Below, one piece after another: positions 47,262 to 56,695 of a stretch of DNA of 64,000 nucleotides; the stretch's first letter is position 1, and each line of letters opens with the position of its first letter. The notes under the pieces are model-generated. The model searched no databases. It was not told the DNA's origin and saw nothing but the letters and a program-made list of their open reading frames with translations. A program made the position numbers and the translations under genes. This DNA is from Candidatus Bathyarchaeia archaeon (GTDB lineage Archaea; Thermoproteota; Bathyarchaeia; Bathyarchaeales; SOJC01). The stretch covers positions 1,076 through 65,075 of the forward strand of contig DATHCB010000148.1 in the NCBI GenBank assembly GCA_035319765.1, read 5' to 3'.

Positions 47262-47486
47262 CTACTGCATTCTCTGCTTGTTTAGTGTTCTGAAGATCAA
47301 GTTGGCGATCGATGTGACCAATATTTCTGCCACGATCCACTCTATGAAGGAAAGAATCCCAATAGTGAATAGGACTGTGAACACAATTACCAAAGCTATG
47401 GCAATTAAGCCGACGATTCTCTTGCTTCCACCTCTCTTGACGGGGTTGGCACTTCTAGCCACGATCATAAGCATCACACTGTGCAC
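47262..47486 (-). CDS. Small membrane protein (74 aa)
   Basis: Two hydrophobic helices. No family recognised. Confidence 0.35.
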   Translation of the reverse strand: MHSVMLMIVARSANPVKRGGSKRIVGLIAIALVIVFTVLFTIGILSFIEWIVAEILVTSIANLIFRTLNKQRMQ

Positions 47487-47577
47487 AGCTCATAGAAGCA
47501 TCGTAAATGATGTATATAATCACACTTAAACGACAAAATTACCCTGAACCAAGAGCGTACCGCGTGTTCCTCTTAAA

Positions 47578-48195
47578 ATGAGGAACCGATACATCACTTG
47601 GCTGAAGCGCAAAACTCACAAACATCAGATCGCGTCACGCGCAAATTTTAAGACGCAAGGTTGCGGAATATACGGCATTGGAGGAGTTGGGAATACGAAG
47701 ATCGGTGACCTGCTCTCTGAAAGACGAAGAAAACACTGCTACATCATGCACATGAGCTATAATGGAACCAGGGAGCAAGAGCTCTGGGAGTATGCCAAGA
47801 ATAACAGTGTCGTAGGACTCGACTTTCCAAGATATGTGAAGGACGACTGGTCAAGAGTGAGGGAATGGGCAACGCGGTTTGTTGGAAAAACTTGGACCAG
47901 ACAGTTCGATGTCTTCTGCAACGAAATGAGGATTCACGACATAGTTCTAGTGCTCAAAGGATGGGACTCTCTCCTCGGAGTCGGTGAGATACTAGACCCC
48001 GACCATGCGTACGACAGAAACCTTTCAAAAACTGAGGAGTTCTTCGATCATACGAGAGCGGTAGAATGGATCAGAGCCTACGAATTCGAAGAAGCCCAGA
48101 TCCTAGCGAAACCACTTAGAGGCTTTAACAACGCACTTTCCAAAGTCCTGCCTCAGTCCAAACGTTGGAAAACACTAATCAACACCAACATCTGA
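47578..48195 (+). CDS. Hypothetical protein; probable true start ATG 47746 (MHMSYNGT...)
   Basis: The C-terminal roughly 150 aa are non-repetitive and globular-looking. The N-terminal 56 aa of the ORF track look like read-through of non-coding sequence. Confidence 0.45.
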   Translation: MRNRYITWLKRKTHKHQIASRANFKTQGCGIYGIGGVGNTKIGDLLSERRRKHCYIMHMSYNGTREQELWEYAKNNSVVGLDFPRYVKDDWSRVREWATRFVGKTWTRQFDVFCNEMRIHDIVLVLKGWDSLLGVGEILDPDHAYDRNLSKTEEFFDHTRAVEWIRAYEFEEAQILAKPLRGFNNALSKVLPQSKRWKTLINTNI

Positions 48196-48280
48196 ACACA
48201 TGCTATCCTGCTTCTCTTCAGATAGTCCCGGACGCACAATTTATGCTTGTATCTTTCCGGTTTTCATGACTTGAGTCCAA

Positions 48281-48958
48281 TTAGACTCGAAGCTTTACAT
48301 CCGTGACGTATTTCTTCATAACGCCAGCGTAGTCATTGATGACTTCTGGAGAATACGGTTTGACTTTGCTTAGGCTCTTGTCCAGACTGTCGTCTGGGAT
48401 GAATTGTTGTAACGCAAAGTGTTTCGCGTCTCTGACGAGTTCGCCTATTTTCGGGATATCCTCTGCATCAACGAAGCCTGGGACAACCGTGGTTCTGAAC
48501 TCGTAATCCACAGAGCCCTGTTTTAAGATATTCCTTGTGACCAAAAAGTTACTTGAGTCATCTGCTCCTAGGCGGCAATATTTTTCAAGAGAGGTTTTCA
48601 CGTCCAAAGCGATGTAGTCCGTATACGGAAGGCTCTTCTCGAGGACGTCTGGAAAGAATCCGTTGGTGTCCAGTTTGACGTGGAATCCTCTTTCTTTCAG
48701 TTCCGTCATGAATTTTGGCAAATCGGCTTGCATGGTGGGCTCTCCGCCAGTAATAACTACCGCGTCCACGTGCCGCTTTCTCGATTCAAGAATCTCCATC
48801 ACGCTCTTTTCGTCTAAGAAGGGTCCCTTGGGCTCCAGAATCAGCCTCCAGTTGTGGCAGAAGGGGCAGCGCAGGTTGCATCCGGGTGTGAACAGCACGG
48901 TGGCTATTCTGTCTGGAAAGTCTATGAGGCTGGTTTTTTGTAGGCCGCCGAAGATCAA
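48281..48958 (-). CDS. nrdG: Anaerobic ribonucleoside-triphosphate reductase activating protein (radical SAM)
   Basis: GCNLRCPFCHNW cluster motif, with size and position directly downstream of nrdD. Confidence 0.9.
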   Translation of the reverse strand: MIFGGLQKTSLIDFPDRIATVLFTPGCNLRCPFCHNWRLILEPKGPFLDEKSVMEILESRKRHVDAVVITGGEPTMQADLPKFMTELKERGFHVKLDTNGFFPDVLEKSLPYTDYIALDVKTSLEKYCRLGADDSSNFLVTRNILKQGSVDYEFRTTVVPGFVDAEDIPKIGELVRDAKHFALQQFIPDDSLDKSLSKVKPYSPEVINDYAGVMKKYVTDVKLRV

Positions 48959-48973
48959 GGCATAGTCACTCTG

Positions 48974-51085
48974 TTATGCGGCTGTGAGAATCACGGATCG
49001 GTCGAACGTTTTTCTGATGTTGAACTCTGCCTGTTTGCCGTCGTTCCACTGGTCGACGGGTCGGAGGTAGCCTACGACTCTGGAGTAAACTTCGCAGTTG
49101 GCTTCGCAGGTTGGGCATTTTCGGTGTTCGCCGCTCAGGTACCCGTGCGTTGGGCATATGCTGAACGTCGGGGTCAGCGTGAAGTAGGGCAGGCGACAGT
49201 TCTTGGCCACCTGCCTCACTAGGCTGGCCGTGGCTTTCCAGGAGGAGACTCTTTCGCCGAGGAAGATGTGAAAGACTGTGCCTCCCGTGTAGAGTGTCTG
49301 GAGGTTGTCTTGGTGTTCCAACGCTTCGAAAACGTCACCTGAATAGTCAACTGGCAACTGAGTGGAGTTGGTGTAGAACGGTTCGGCGCCTCCTGAGAGG
49401 TACCTCTCGTTCGCTGCCTTGATGTTTGGGTGTGTCCTCTTGTCTATTCGGGCTAAGCGGTATGAGGTGCCTTCTGCTGGCGTTGCTTCTAGGTTGTATA
49501 TGTTTTCTGTTTCTCTTTGATAGTCTGTCAGTTTGCCTCGCATAAACGTCAACGTTTTGACTGCAAAGTCGAGTCCTTCTTTTGTCGTGATGTCGTGACC
49601 AAACATGTTAACAAGGGCTTCGTTCATCCCGACTAGTCCTATGGTGGAGAAGTGGTTCTTCCAGTAGCTGCCGTACTCATCCTTAACGACGCTCAAGTAG
49701 TGCTTGGAGTACGGGTACAGCCCGGCTTCTGTGAAGTGTTCCAGAACTTTTCTTTTTATCTCTAGGCTGTCTCTTGCGATGTCCATGATGTCACTCAGTC
49801 GCTCGAAGAATTTGTCCTCATCTTTTGAGAGGAATCCTATACGGGGAAGATTGATTGTAACGACGCCGATGGAGCCGGTCAGTGGGTTGGCTCCGAAGAA
49901 GCCGCCGCCTCGTTTGCGGAGTTCTCTGTTGTCTATTCTCAGGCGGCAGCACATGCTTCTTACGTCTTCGGGTTTCATGTCGCTGTTTATGAAGTTGGAG
50001 AAATATGGCACGCCGTACTTGGCGGTCATTTCAAAGATTTTTTCTGCGACGGGTGAGTCCCAGCTAAAGGTTGACGTTATATTGTAGGTTGGAATTGGGA
50101 AAGTGAACACTCTGCTCTTAGAATCGCCATGACACATTACCTCGGCAAATGCTTTGTTGAATATATCCATCTCGGCTTGGAAGTCGCTTTGAGGATCGTT
50201 TGTTACTTTTCCTCCGACTTGTGCGGGTTCGTCTTTCATAAAGTCCGGTACTGTCAGGTCTAGGGTTACGTTGGTGAACGGAGTTTGAAAGCCGACTCTC
50301 GTGGGAACGTTCATGTTGAAAAAGAATTCCTGCAGTGACTGTTCGACTTCTTTCTGGTTCAGTCCGTCGTAGCGTATGAACGGTGCGAGGTACGTGTCGA
50401 AGTTGCTGAACGCTTGTGCGCCTGCAGCTTCGCCCTGTAGCGTGTAGAAGAAGTTTACGATATGGCCAAGGGCCGTTCTGAAGTGCTTTGCTGGTTTGCT
50501 CTCTATCTTGCCGGATACTCCTCCGAAGCCTGAGAGCAGGAGGTGACTGAGGTCCCAGCCTACGCAGTATGCGCCTAGGACGCCGAGGTCGTGGATGTGT
50601 ATGTCGCCTGAGAAGTGGGCGTCTCCGATGTTTGGCGGGTAGATTCTCGAGATCCAATACTTGGCTATTACTGTTGAGGAGAGGTAGTTGTTCAAGCCCT
50701 GCAGCGAGTAGCTCATGTTGGAGTTTTCTTTGACGCGCCAGTCTTCGACTTCAAGATACTTGTCGACCAGGTCTGCTTCGCTCAGGATTGAGGCTAATTC
50801 TCTCAGGTCTTGGTGCTGTTTCCTGTACAGAATGTATGCCTTGGCCGTTTTGGCGTGTCCGTCTTCTATGATTGTCTTTTCCACTATGTCTTGAATCTCT
50901 TCTACGGTGGGTACGCCTTCGTCTCCGAAGCGTTTTTGCAGTTCTGCTACGACTTGGTCGCTGAGTCTTTTGGCGAGTTCTTTGTCTTTGCCGCCGACTG
51001 CCTTGGCGGCTTTCCATATGGCGCTCGTTATTCTCTCGCTTTCGAACTCGGCGAGTTTGCCGTCGCGTTTTCTTACGTACTTCAT
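48974..51085 (-). CDS. nrdD: Anaerobic ribonucleoside-triphosphate reductase (class III), with N-terminal ATP-cone
   Basis: ATP-cone MKYVRKRDGKLAEFESERI. C-terminal Zn ribbon CPTHG....CPTCEANC. Glycyl radical motif YSRVVGYLRPV. Confidence 0.95.
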   Translation of the reverse strand: MKYVRKRDGKLAEFESERITSAIWKAAKAVGGKDKELAKRLSDQVVAELQKRFGDEGVPTVEEIQDIVEKTIIEDGHAKTAKAYILYRKQHQDLRELASILSEADLVDKYLEVEDWRVKENSNMSYSLQGLNNYLSSTVIAKYWISRIYPPNIGDAHFSGDIHIHDLGVLGAYCVGWDLSHLLLSGFGGVSGKIESKPAKHFRTALGHIVNFFYTLQGEAAGAQAFSNFDTYLAPFIRYDGLNQKEVEQSLQEFFFNMNVPTRVGFQTPFTNVTLDLTVPDFMKDEPAQVGGKVTNDPQSDFQAEMDIFNKAFAEVMCHGDSKSRVFTFPIPTYNITSTFSWDSPVAEKIFEMTAKYGVPYFSNFINSDMKPEDVRSMCCRLRIDNRELRKRGGGFFGANPLTGSIGVVTINLPRIGFLSKDEDKFFERLSDIMDIARDSLEIKRKVLEHFTEAGLYPYSKHYLSVVKDEYGSYWKNHFSTIGLVGMNEALVNMFGHDITTKEGLDFAVKTLTFMRGKLTDYQRETENIYNLEATPAEGTSYRLARIDKRTHPNIKAANERYLSGGAEPFYTNSTQLPVDYSGDVFEALEHQDNLQTLYTGGTVFHIFLGERVSSWKATASLVRQVAKNCRLPYFTLTPTFSICPTHGYLSGEHRKCPTCEANCEVYSRVVGYLRPVDQWNDGKQAEFNIRKTFDRSVILTAA

Positions 51086-51528
51086 TTTCTTACCTCTTTG
51101 AGTACTGTTTGGAAGTCTTCTGGCTCTTCGAAGCGCCTGTAGACTGAGGCGAAACGGACGTATGCGACGCGGTCTAGTTTTTTGAGGTGTTTTATCACCT
51201 TGTCTCCGATTTCCTGTGTGGTGATTTCCTCTTTTCCTTCTGCCATCACGTCCTGTCGCACTTGTTCTGCGAGTTCTCGGATCTGTTCAAGCGTTACTGG
51301 TCTTTTTTCGCAGGCTTTCTGGAGTCCGAGTATGATCTTGTCCATGTTGAAGCGCTCTGTCCTTCCGTCTTTTTTGCGCACCATCAGCTCGTATTTTTCT
51401 ATGTACTCGTAGGTGGTGAATCGTCTCTCGCACTTGGCGCACTCTTTTCTTCGTCTCACTGCGTTGTCTTGTGAGTCTCTGGTTTCGAGCGTTTTGAGGT
51501 CCTCTGAACTGCAGTAGGGGCACTTCAT
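51082..51528 (-). CDS. nrdR: NrdR-type transcriptional repressor (zinc ribbon plus ATP-cone)
   Basis: MKCPYCSS...RRRKECAKCERRFTTYE followed by an ATP-cone. ATGA overlap with the nrdD start. Confidence 0.9.
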   Translation of the reverse strand: MKCPYCSSEDLKTLETRDSQDNAVRRRKECAKCERRFTTYEYIEKYELMVRKKDGRTERFNMDKIILGLQKACEKRPVTLEQIRELAEQVRQDVMAEGKEEITTQEIGDKVIKHLKKLDRVAYVRFASVYRRFEEPEDFQTVLKEVRK

Positions 51529-51567
51529 TCTTGCTTCAGTCTCATAGCGTTTTCTAATATGCCGACG

Positions 51568-51583
51568 ACGCTATATGCAGCGT
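51568..51583 (-). promoter_or_regulatory. Candidate NrdR box (minus strand ACGCTGCATATAGCGT), 40-55 nt upstream of the nrdR ATG
   Basis: 16-nt near-palindrome matching about 12/16 positions of the bacterial NrdR-box consensus acaCwAtATaTwGtgt as I remember it. No convincing second box found. Confidence 0.25.
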
Positions 51584-51753
51584 TTGTTTATAAGGCTTCT
51601 TGACAACTGTATCACAATAACAGAAAAACGGCTTGCACAAACAATGCAAAGAATAGACACGAACAGGACAAAAATTCGAGCCACCCTTTTTGGGAATGTT
51701 TAGAATACTTAAATTAACAGCGTTTCTACTCTTTGAATTGAGGTTGTCGCAGA

Positions 51754-52785
51754 TTGTCTTTTGATGCGGACGCGTTTTACAGCAGGCAAGTAACTCTTGC
51801 AGAACTCGGACGGAGAGGACAACGAAAACTAAGCCGTTCCAAAGTAGCCGTAGTCGGGCTGGGCGGGCTGGGCAGCGCTTCTTCAATCTACCTTGCACTG
51901 GCGGGTGTTGGCAAACTGCGCCTAGTCGATCAAGACACTGTGGAGTTGAGCAATCTGCACCGGCAGTTGTTGTACACGCTTGCTGATTTGAGGTACCCGA
52001 AAACGGAGACGGCGGCCAGAAGGATCCGTGAGATGAACCCGCAGGTGACTGTTGAGCCGATCGCTGAAAACGCGGATAGAAGTAATGTTGAAAGAATAGT
52101 CCAAGGCGTGGACTGCGTCGTCGACGGCCTTGATAACATGAAAACACGTTACCTTCTCAACAAAGCCTGCGTGAAACTCGGGGTTCCTTATGTTTACGGT
52201 GCAGCGATAGGCGTGGAGGGTGCTATATCGGTTTTTCATCCCCCAGAGACCGCATGCTTGGAGTGTGTGTTCCCGAGTGTTGATGACCGTTACTTGCAGA
52301 CTTGCGAAACTAGAGGCGTGCTAGGAGCAACTGCGGGAATTATAGGCGTTATGCAGGCGATGGAGACGATCAAGCTCTTAGCCGGCATGGGCGAACCACT
52401 CAAGGGTAAGCTTATGATATGCGACTTCAGCGACATGCACATCATGACGATACCAGTCTACGAGAGACCCGACTGCCCCATCTGCAAGCGAGAAATCAAG
52501 CTTAAGAAAGAAACCGGGCGCCTGACTTGGCTGTGCGGTCAAGATACCGTTAACATCAATCCGTCGAGATTAATCGAAACGGGCATGGACGAGCTGTTAG
52601 CAAAGCTTCAGAGCTTTTATAAGATTCTCATAAAATCTCCCATCGTTATCGTGTTCCAGTACGGCGATGACGTTGAGGTCAGCTTGTTTCAGGGTGGAAG
52701 AATGCTGATAAAAAACGTAAAGAACGAAGACACGGCGCTAAAGGTACACGCCGACGTGTGGAAAAAAATTGGCATAAAGCCATAG
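51754..52785 (+). CDS. ThiF/MoeB/HesA-family E1-like adenylyltransferase with an extra roughly 95-aa C-terminal domain
   Basis: YSRQV.L...G..GQ.KL..SKVAVVGLGGLGS..S.YLA.AGVG.L.LVD.D.VE.SNLHRQ. Two CxxC pairs (CLEC, CPIC). TTG start. Confidence 0.85.
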   Translation: MSFDADAFYSRQVTLAELGRRGQRKLSRSKVAVVGLGGLGSASSIYLALAGVGKLRLVDQDTVELSNLHRQLLYTLADLRYPKTETAARRIREMNPQVTVEPIAENADRSNVERIVQGVDCVVDGLDNMKTRYLLNKACVKLGVPYVYGAAIGVEGAISVFHPPETACLECVFPSVDDRYLQTCETRGVLGATAGIIGVMQAMETIKLLAGMGEPLKGKLMICDFSDMHIMTIPVYERPDCPICKREIKLKKETGRLTWLCGQDTVNINPSRLIETGMDELLAKLQSFYKILIKSPIVIVFQYGDDVEVSLFQGGRMLIKNVKNEDTALKVHADVWKKIGIKP

Positions 52786-53004
52786 GGAATCACTCCGGGA
52801 GCCATTATCACGTAAAGACTTGCGATTCTTTGCGCGTTTCTCTTTTTTGGACATTGAGCAAAGCGTTTTCGTTGTTAGGCATTCGAGCGCGCCAAAGCTC
52901 AGCATCTTGGCATTGCCGGCGGAAACGGCCTAACAACCAGCTTGAGAACGATCAAGCCGTTCGCATAGTTATCGCGGGGAATCAGAAAACGGTTTCCCGG
53001 TCGA

Positions 53005-53496
53005 TCATGCTGGCGGCGGTGGTGGAGGCGGCGGTGGCGGAGGTGCTGCAACGGATGAGAATGCTGGTTTAATCGAGACAACGGTTGTTCCTGCAATGCG
53101 ATCAGTGTACTTCTGACGTGGGTCGCGGCCTGGGATAGCGACTCCCAGTATCCAGTCTATTAGTAAGAGAAGCCAAAAGATCTTGCTTATGTCTCGGATG
53201 AAGGCTTTGTCATATGTAATTCTGCTCCCGTCGACCGTCTGTACCTGCAATCCCAGAACTTTCTTGCCAATGGTTGATCCTGAGGAGACTTCCATAAACA
53301 CGAAATAAAGTACCTCAAGTATACCCAACAGGAAGGGAAGCAGTAGGATGAATCCCCAGCTTAAGGGCACGGCTAGTATGATTATGAAGTATATGATGTA
53401 CGTTGGAATGAGGATTATTATACTGTCGATAATGAAGGCGATTAGGCGTAGTATCCAGTGGTTTAAGTCGAACTGTGAACCGCTTTGTGTCGACAT
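53005..53496 (-). CDS. RDD-family membrane protein with a C-terminal run of 11 prolines
   Basis: RLIAFIIDSIIILIP RDD-type core with three TM helices. The Pro run is encoded at 53011-53043. Confidence 0.8.
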   Translation of the reverse strand: MSTQSGSQFDLNHWILRLIAFIIDSIIILIPTYIIYFIIILAVPLSWGFILLLPFLLGILEVLYFVFMEVSSGSTIGKKVLGLQVQTVDGSRITYDKAFIRDISKIFWLLLLIDWILGVAIPGRDPRQKYTDRIAGTTVVSIKPAFSSVAAPPPPPPPPPPPA

Positions 53497-53612
53497 TTTC
53501 TTATCTCACGCGCCTTATTTTTCATCTGATACAGTATTAACACTTTCTCTTGATATGGCGCGCGCTTTTTTCTTAATGAGTGCTAGTGGCTAATAATCAT
53601 GAAAACGTGTTC

Positions 53613-53852
53613 TCATTCAGCGGGTGTCCTCAAACCTGAGGACCGATCTTGGCGCATCTGTCTATTTCTTCTTAGAATGGCGATGATGATGATGAAAACG
53701 ATAAGTAATAAGAGTCCAACGGATAGCAGCGTGAGGCCGTAACTTTTGTTGGATAGTAAACGGATTAAGCCTGAGAGAACGAAGATCACTGATAGTATGG
53801 CAAGAACGTCTAGGACAACGTCTTCTGCTTTGGGAATTTTCATCGAATCCAC
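53613..53852 (-). CDS. Small two-helix membrane protein (79 aa)
   Basis: Hydrophobic helices followed by a basic tail. No family recognised. Confidence 0.4.
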   Translation of the reverse strand: MDSMKIPKAEDVVLDVLAILSVIFVLSGLIRLLSNKSYGLTLLSVGLLLLIVFIIIIAILRRNRQMRQDRSSGLRTPAE

Positions 53853-54290
53853 ATTTAGGGTTCAAATATAAAACACTTGACATAATGCTACAATTCCTTA
53901 GGAAAACACACGCGTCTAAAAACGTTCGAGTAACATTCAATGCTGGTGGCAAGTAGCCAACATTGTTGGTGGCACTTTGAATAAGCCCAAAACAAAGCCT
54001 AAACACAAAAAACAGCCCGTTCCAGACGTTGACAGACACCTAAAAAAAGAATTATTCTTTGTACAAAATGCTTACTGCGCACGCTAGAATTGCCTTTTGA
54101 GGTCCGTTGGATCAGCGGTGTTCTTGTTGCTTATATTGAATTCTCGTTCGACGCCGGGTGCGTGCGAAGGTCAAGAACGACAGTAAGGCGACATTCGGCT
54201 GAGAAGACTTTGCAGCACGAAAAATAGAGAAATCGCTGCGTCCGATAATTCAGAACCCGTACTTCAAACTGACCGCAGCGAGTGCGTCTT

Positions 54291-54479
54291 CTAGCTCTCC
54301 CTGAGATACAAAAAGATGAATATTACGCTTAAGACAAATGAAATAATCCCAAGTTTGGCAAACGTCAAGTACGGCACAGAATTAAGGAACAAACTATCTA
54401 CATCAGCATTATCGAAAATTATTCTGGCAACCACGTACAACCAAAGAAGAAAACTAGCATACCAAAGCGTTAAGAACAC
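54291..54479 (-). CDS. Small membrane protein (62 aa)
   Basis: Two hydrophobic helices. Weak call. Confidence 0.3.
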   Translation of the reverse strand: MFLTLWYASFLLWLYVVARIIFDNADVDSLFLNSVPYLTFAKLGIISFVLSVIFIFLYLRES

Positions 54480-55226
54480 CGCCTTCCTCGTCTTAATATT
54501 CTTACCTCCATGAGTTCACGATCAAAGGCATCGGGTACAATTAGCCGTACTTCCCAAAATCTTTAGTGGTGCGGCTTAGGGCGGGGCGAGGGGTCCCTCC
54601 TCTCAAATAAGTCGAGAAATGACGCGATAGTTTTATTTCTTAAAATATTCTTTCTCAGCACCAAAATAAAAAATAGCCAATAACAATCTTCCATAAGAGT
54701 GTTCTATCGGAATCTTCTATAACAACATATTATGGACGCGGTACGGAAAAGTCGCTACTTTGACCAAAATGACGATGGAGTAGAGAGCGTGCGAGCAACT
54801 TCGACTTTCTACGCCTTAGCGACTTATTGAGGCCTAGAAAGACAGACTCAATAGAGAACATCAAGACAAAAAAAGGGTTTCATAAGAAACGGCATGAAAT
54901 ATTTAGATTTCTCGTGGTAGCGATTCCGACTCTGCGCTTCTGACATGGTTCTAGTAATTGTGTTAGGCGTTTGAACACCAAGGAATTTGTCTTCGTTTGT
55001 CATTCCGCTTACACGAACGGAGAGATGCAAGCCCGATGGCACGCGCTTCCATGTTATATATCTCCTATCTCCGGAGCGTGTGCCTCTCTCTCTGTCATTG
55101 AACGCTTTATACGACGGAGAAGACTCGCCTGTTCCTAGCGCGCGCACATTAACTGTTAAATAAAATATACTGGCATATGCTAGGGACAGAAGCCTGTGCC
55201 AAGCAAAAAATATGCGAGGTTCTTGA

Positions 55227-55934
55227 ATGATCGGAAAAGCTGATATGAAGAAATACGTTGCCGAACTTCTCGGCACTTTCGTGTTAGTCTTCGCGGGTTG
55301 TGGAAGCGTAGTAGGGGCAAAGTTGTTGATGGGACCGCAAGCATGGATGGGAATATGGGTGGGAGTAGCTTTTGCTTTTGGCCTTTCCTTGTTGGTAATG
55401 GTATACGCGATAGGAAACATTTCTGGTTGCCACATAAACCCTGCAGTATCCATTTCGATGCTTGCGGCTGGTAAGATGAAGGCGAGAGACACAGTGGCCT
55501 ATATTGTCGCTCAATGCGTAGGGGCAACTGTCGCAGCGGCGGTCTTGTATGTGATTGCGAGTGGAAATTCCCGGTATAGTCTGACCGCTTATGGTCTAGG
55601 CCAGAATGGTTACGGCAGTGCCTCTCCTGCGGGATTCTCAGTCACGTCTGCGTTCATTGCTGAATTAGTCTTGACCTTCATATTTCTTCTCGTTATCCAT
55701 GGCTCAACGAGCGAAAAGGCTCCCAAATACTTCGCAGGCATATCTATCGGGTTTAGCTTGGTTCTGATACATCTCGTCGGAATACCGATAACGGGCACAT
55801 CCGTGAACCCGGCTAGAAGCCTTGGACCAGCCGTGATAGTCGGCGGCACTGCTATCAGTCAGCTCTGGCTGTTTTGGGTAGCCCCGATAATCGGAGCCCT
55901 TCTGGCTGCAGCAGTCTATCGATTTCTGGACTAA
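55227..55934 (+). CDS. aqpM: Aquaporin (MIP family, AqpM/AqpZ-like)
   Basis: Two NPA boxes, HINPAVS and SVNPARS, and six TM helices. The likely true start is ATG 55245 (MKKYVAELLGTF). Confidence 0.95.
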   Translation: MIGKADMKKYVAELLGTFVLVFAGCGSVVGAKLLMGPQAWMGIWVGVAFAFGLSLLVMVYAIGNISGCHINPAVSISMLAAGKMKARDTVAYIVAQCVGATVAAAVLYVIASGNSRYSLTAYGLGQNGYGSASPAGFSVTSAFIAELVLTFIFLLVIHGSTSEKAPKYFAGISIGFSLVLIHLVGIPITGTSVNPARSLGPAVIVGGTAISQLWLFWVAPIIGALLAAAVYRFLD

Positions 55935-55964
55935 GTGAGCGCTTAGCGCGCTACGAGTCTATCT

Positions 55965-56489
55965 TCACTTCAATTCAAATTGGTAGGTGACAAGTGATAA
56001 TCTAGTGCCCCATGGCGTATCTACTACTGATTCCTTCAACTGTTCGAAGCCGTTCTTCTCATAGAATCGTCTGGCATGAGTTTCATCTCTGCCCGCGTTT
56101 ACTGTAATTGTTTTAGTTCCTTTGCGTCGTTCATCGCTCAGGACACGAGCCAAAAGCCGAGTGCCTATGCCCTTGCGAGCGTACTCTGGGAAAACTACGA
56201 TTCGATCTAGTTCCACGATGGATTTATCGTGTTTCACTGTCTGGGCAAATCCTAGAATCTCGCGTCCGTTTTCCAATGCAAGATAGATAACAGACTCTCC
56301 AGATTTCACAGCGTTCTGGACGGTCTCCTCCGAAAGAACCTTCTTTACGTAAGCTTCAGGAATGCCGAATTTTGTAATGTTCTCCAAATAGAACTGACCG
56401 CTAGTATCCTCTAGGAGTTCCTGAAACTTCTTAGTTAAAGCCTGCACGCCCCGCACTGTGGCTTTTCTTATGGTAATCCTGCTTGACAC
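55965..56489 (-). CDS. GNAT-family N-acetyltransferase
   Basis: VFPEYARKGIGTRLL acetyl-CoA binding motif and typical size. Confidence 0.85.
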   Translation of the reverse strand: MSSRITIRKATVRGVQALTKKFQELLEDTSGQFYLENITKFGIPEAYVKKVLSEETVQNAVKSGESVIYLALENGREILGFAQTVKHDKSIVELDRIVVFPEYARKGIGTRLLARVLSDERRKGTKTITVNAGRDETHARRFYEKNGFEQLKESVVDTPWGTRLSLVTYQFELK

Positions 56490-56597
56490 AAGAAAAAATC
56501 AGTTCTGAGTTCACATTTATGCTTTTCTCAGGGATTGAGTTTGTTCCTTCGGGCTAATTTTGCCACACCTGTGGCATGCATTACCTGAGAGTGTGGT

Positions 56598-56639
56598 GGA
56601 TAAAACTTTGCCCTCTCTCTGCACCAAAACCTTTTTCGG
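56598..56639 (+). repeat. 16-mer family copy h (GGATAAAACTTTGCCC, 56598-56613) fused to a third copy of the CTCTGCAC.AAACCTTTT block (56617-56639)
   Basis: Read directly. Lies in a divergent intergenic region, 83 nt upstream of the CDS 56696 start. Confidence 0.7.
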
Positions 56640-56695
56640 TTTACATTGTCATGTTAGCGCGCGCGAGAGCTGGTTAGACCGAAAGGTGGCATGCA

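Noticed and set aside
47508-47553. A possible C/D-box sRNA, with an ATGATGT ... CTGA arrangement.
   Set aside because: There is only one box pair with non-canonical C-box sequence, and no C' or D' boxes or terminal stem. The evidence is insufficient.
50118-51017. Arg/Pro-rich ORFs (179 aa and 88 aa) in an alternative frame of nrdD.
   Set aside because: They lie in the same region as the well-supported NrdD frame. The extreme Arg/Ser/Pro composition is typical of off-frame translation of a GC-rich coding strand.
51554-52147. 197-aa minus-strand ORF overlapping the ThiF-like gene and the nrdR upstream region.
   Set aside because: It is antisense to a confident E1-like CDS, with low-complexity Pro/Arg/Cys-rich sequence.
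54848-55492. 214-aa minus-strand ORF overlapping the aquaporin 5' region and its upstream intergenic DNA.
   Set aside because: It is antisense to a very confident aquaporin gene, with no recognisable domain and patchy composition. It is most likely spurious. The 750-bp region 54480-55226 remains unexplained.
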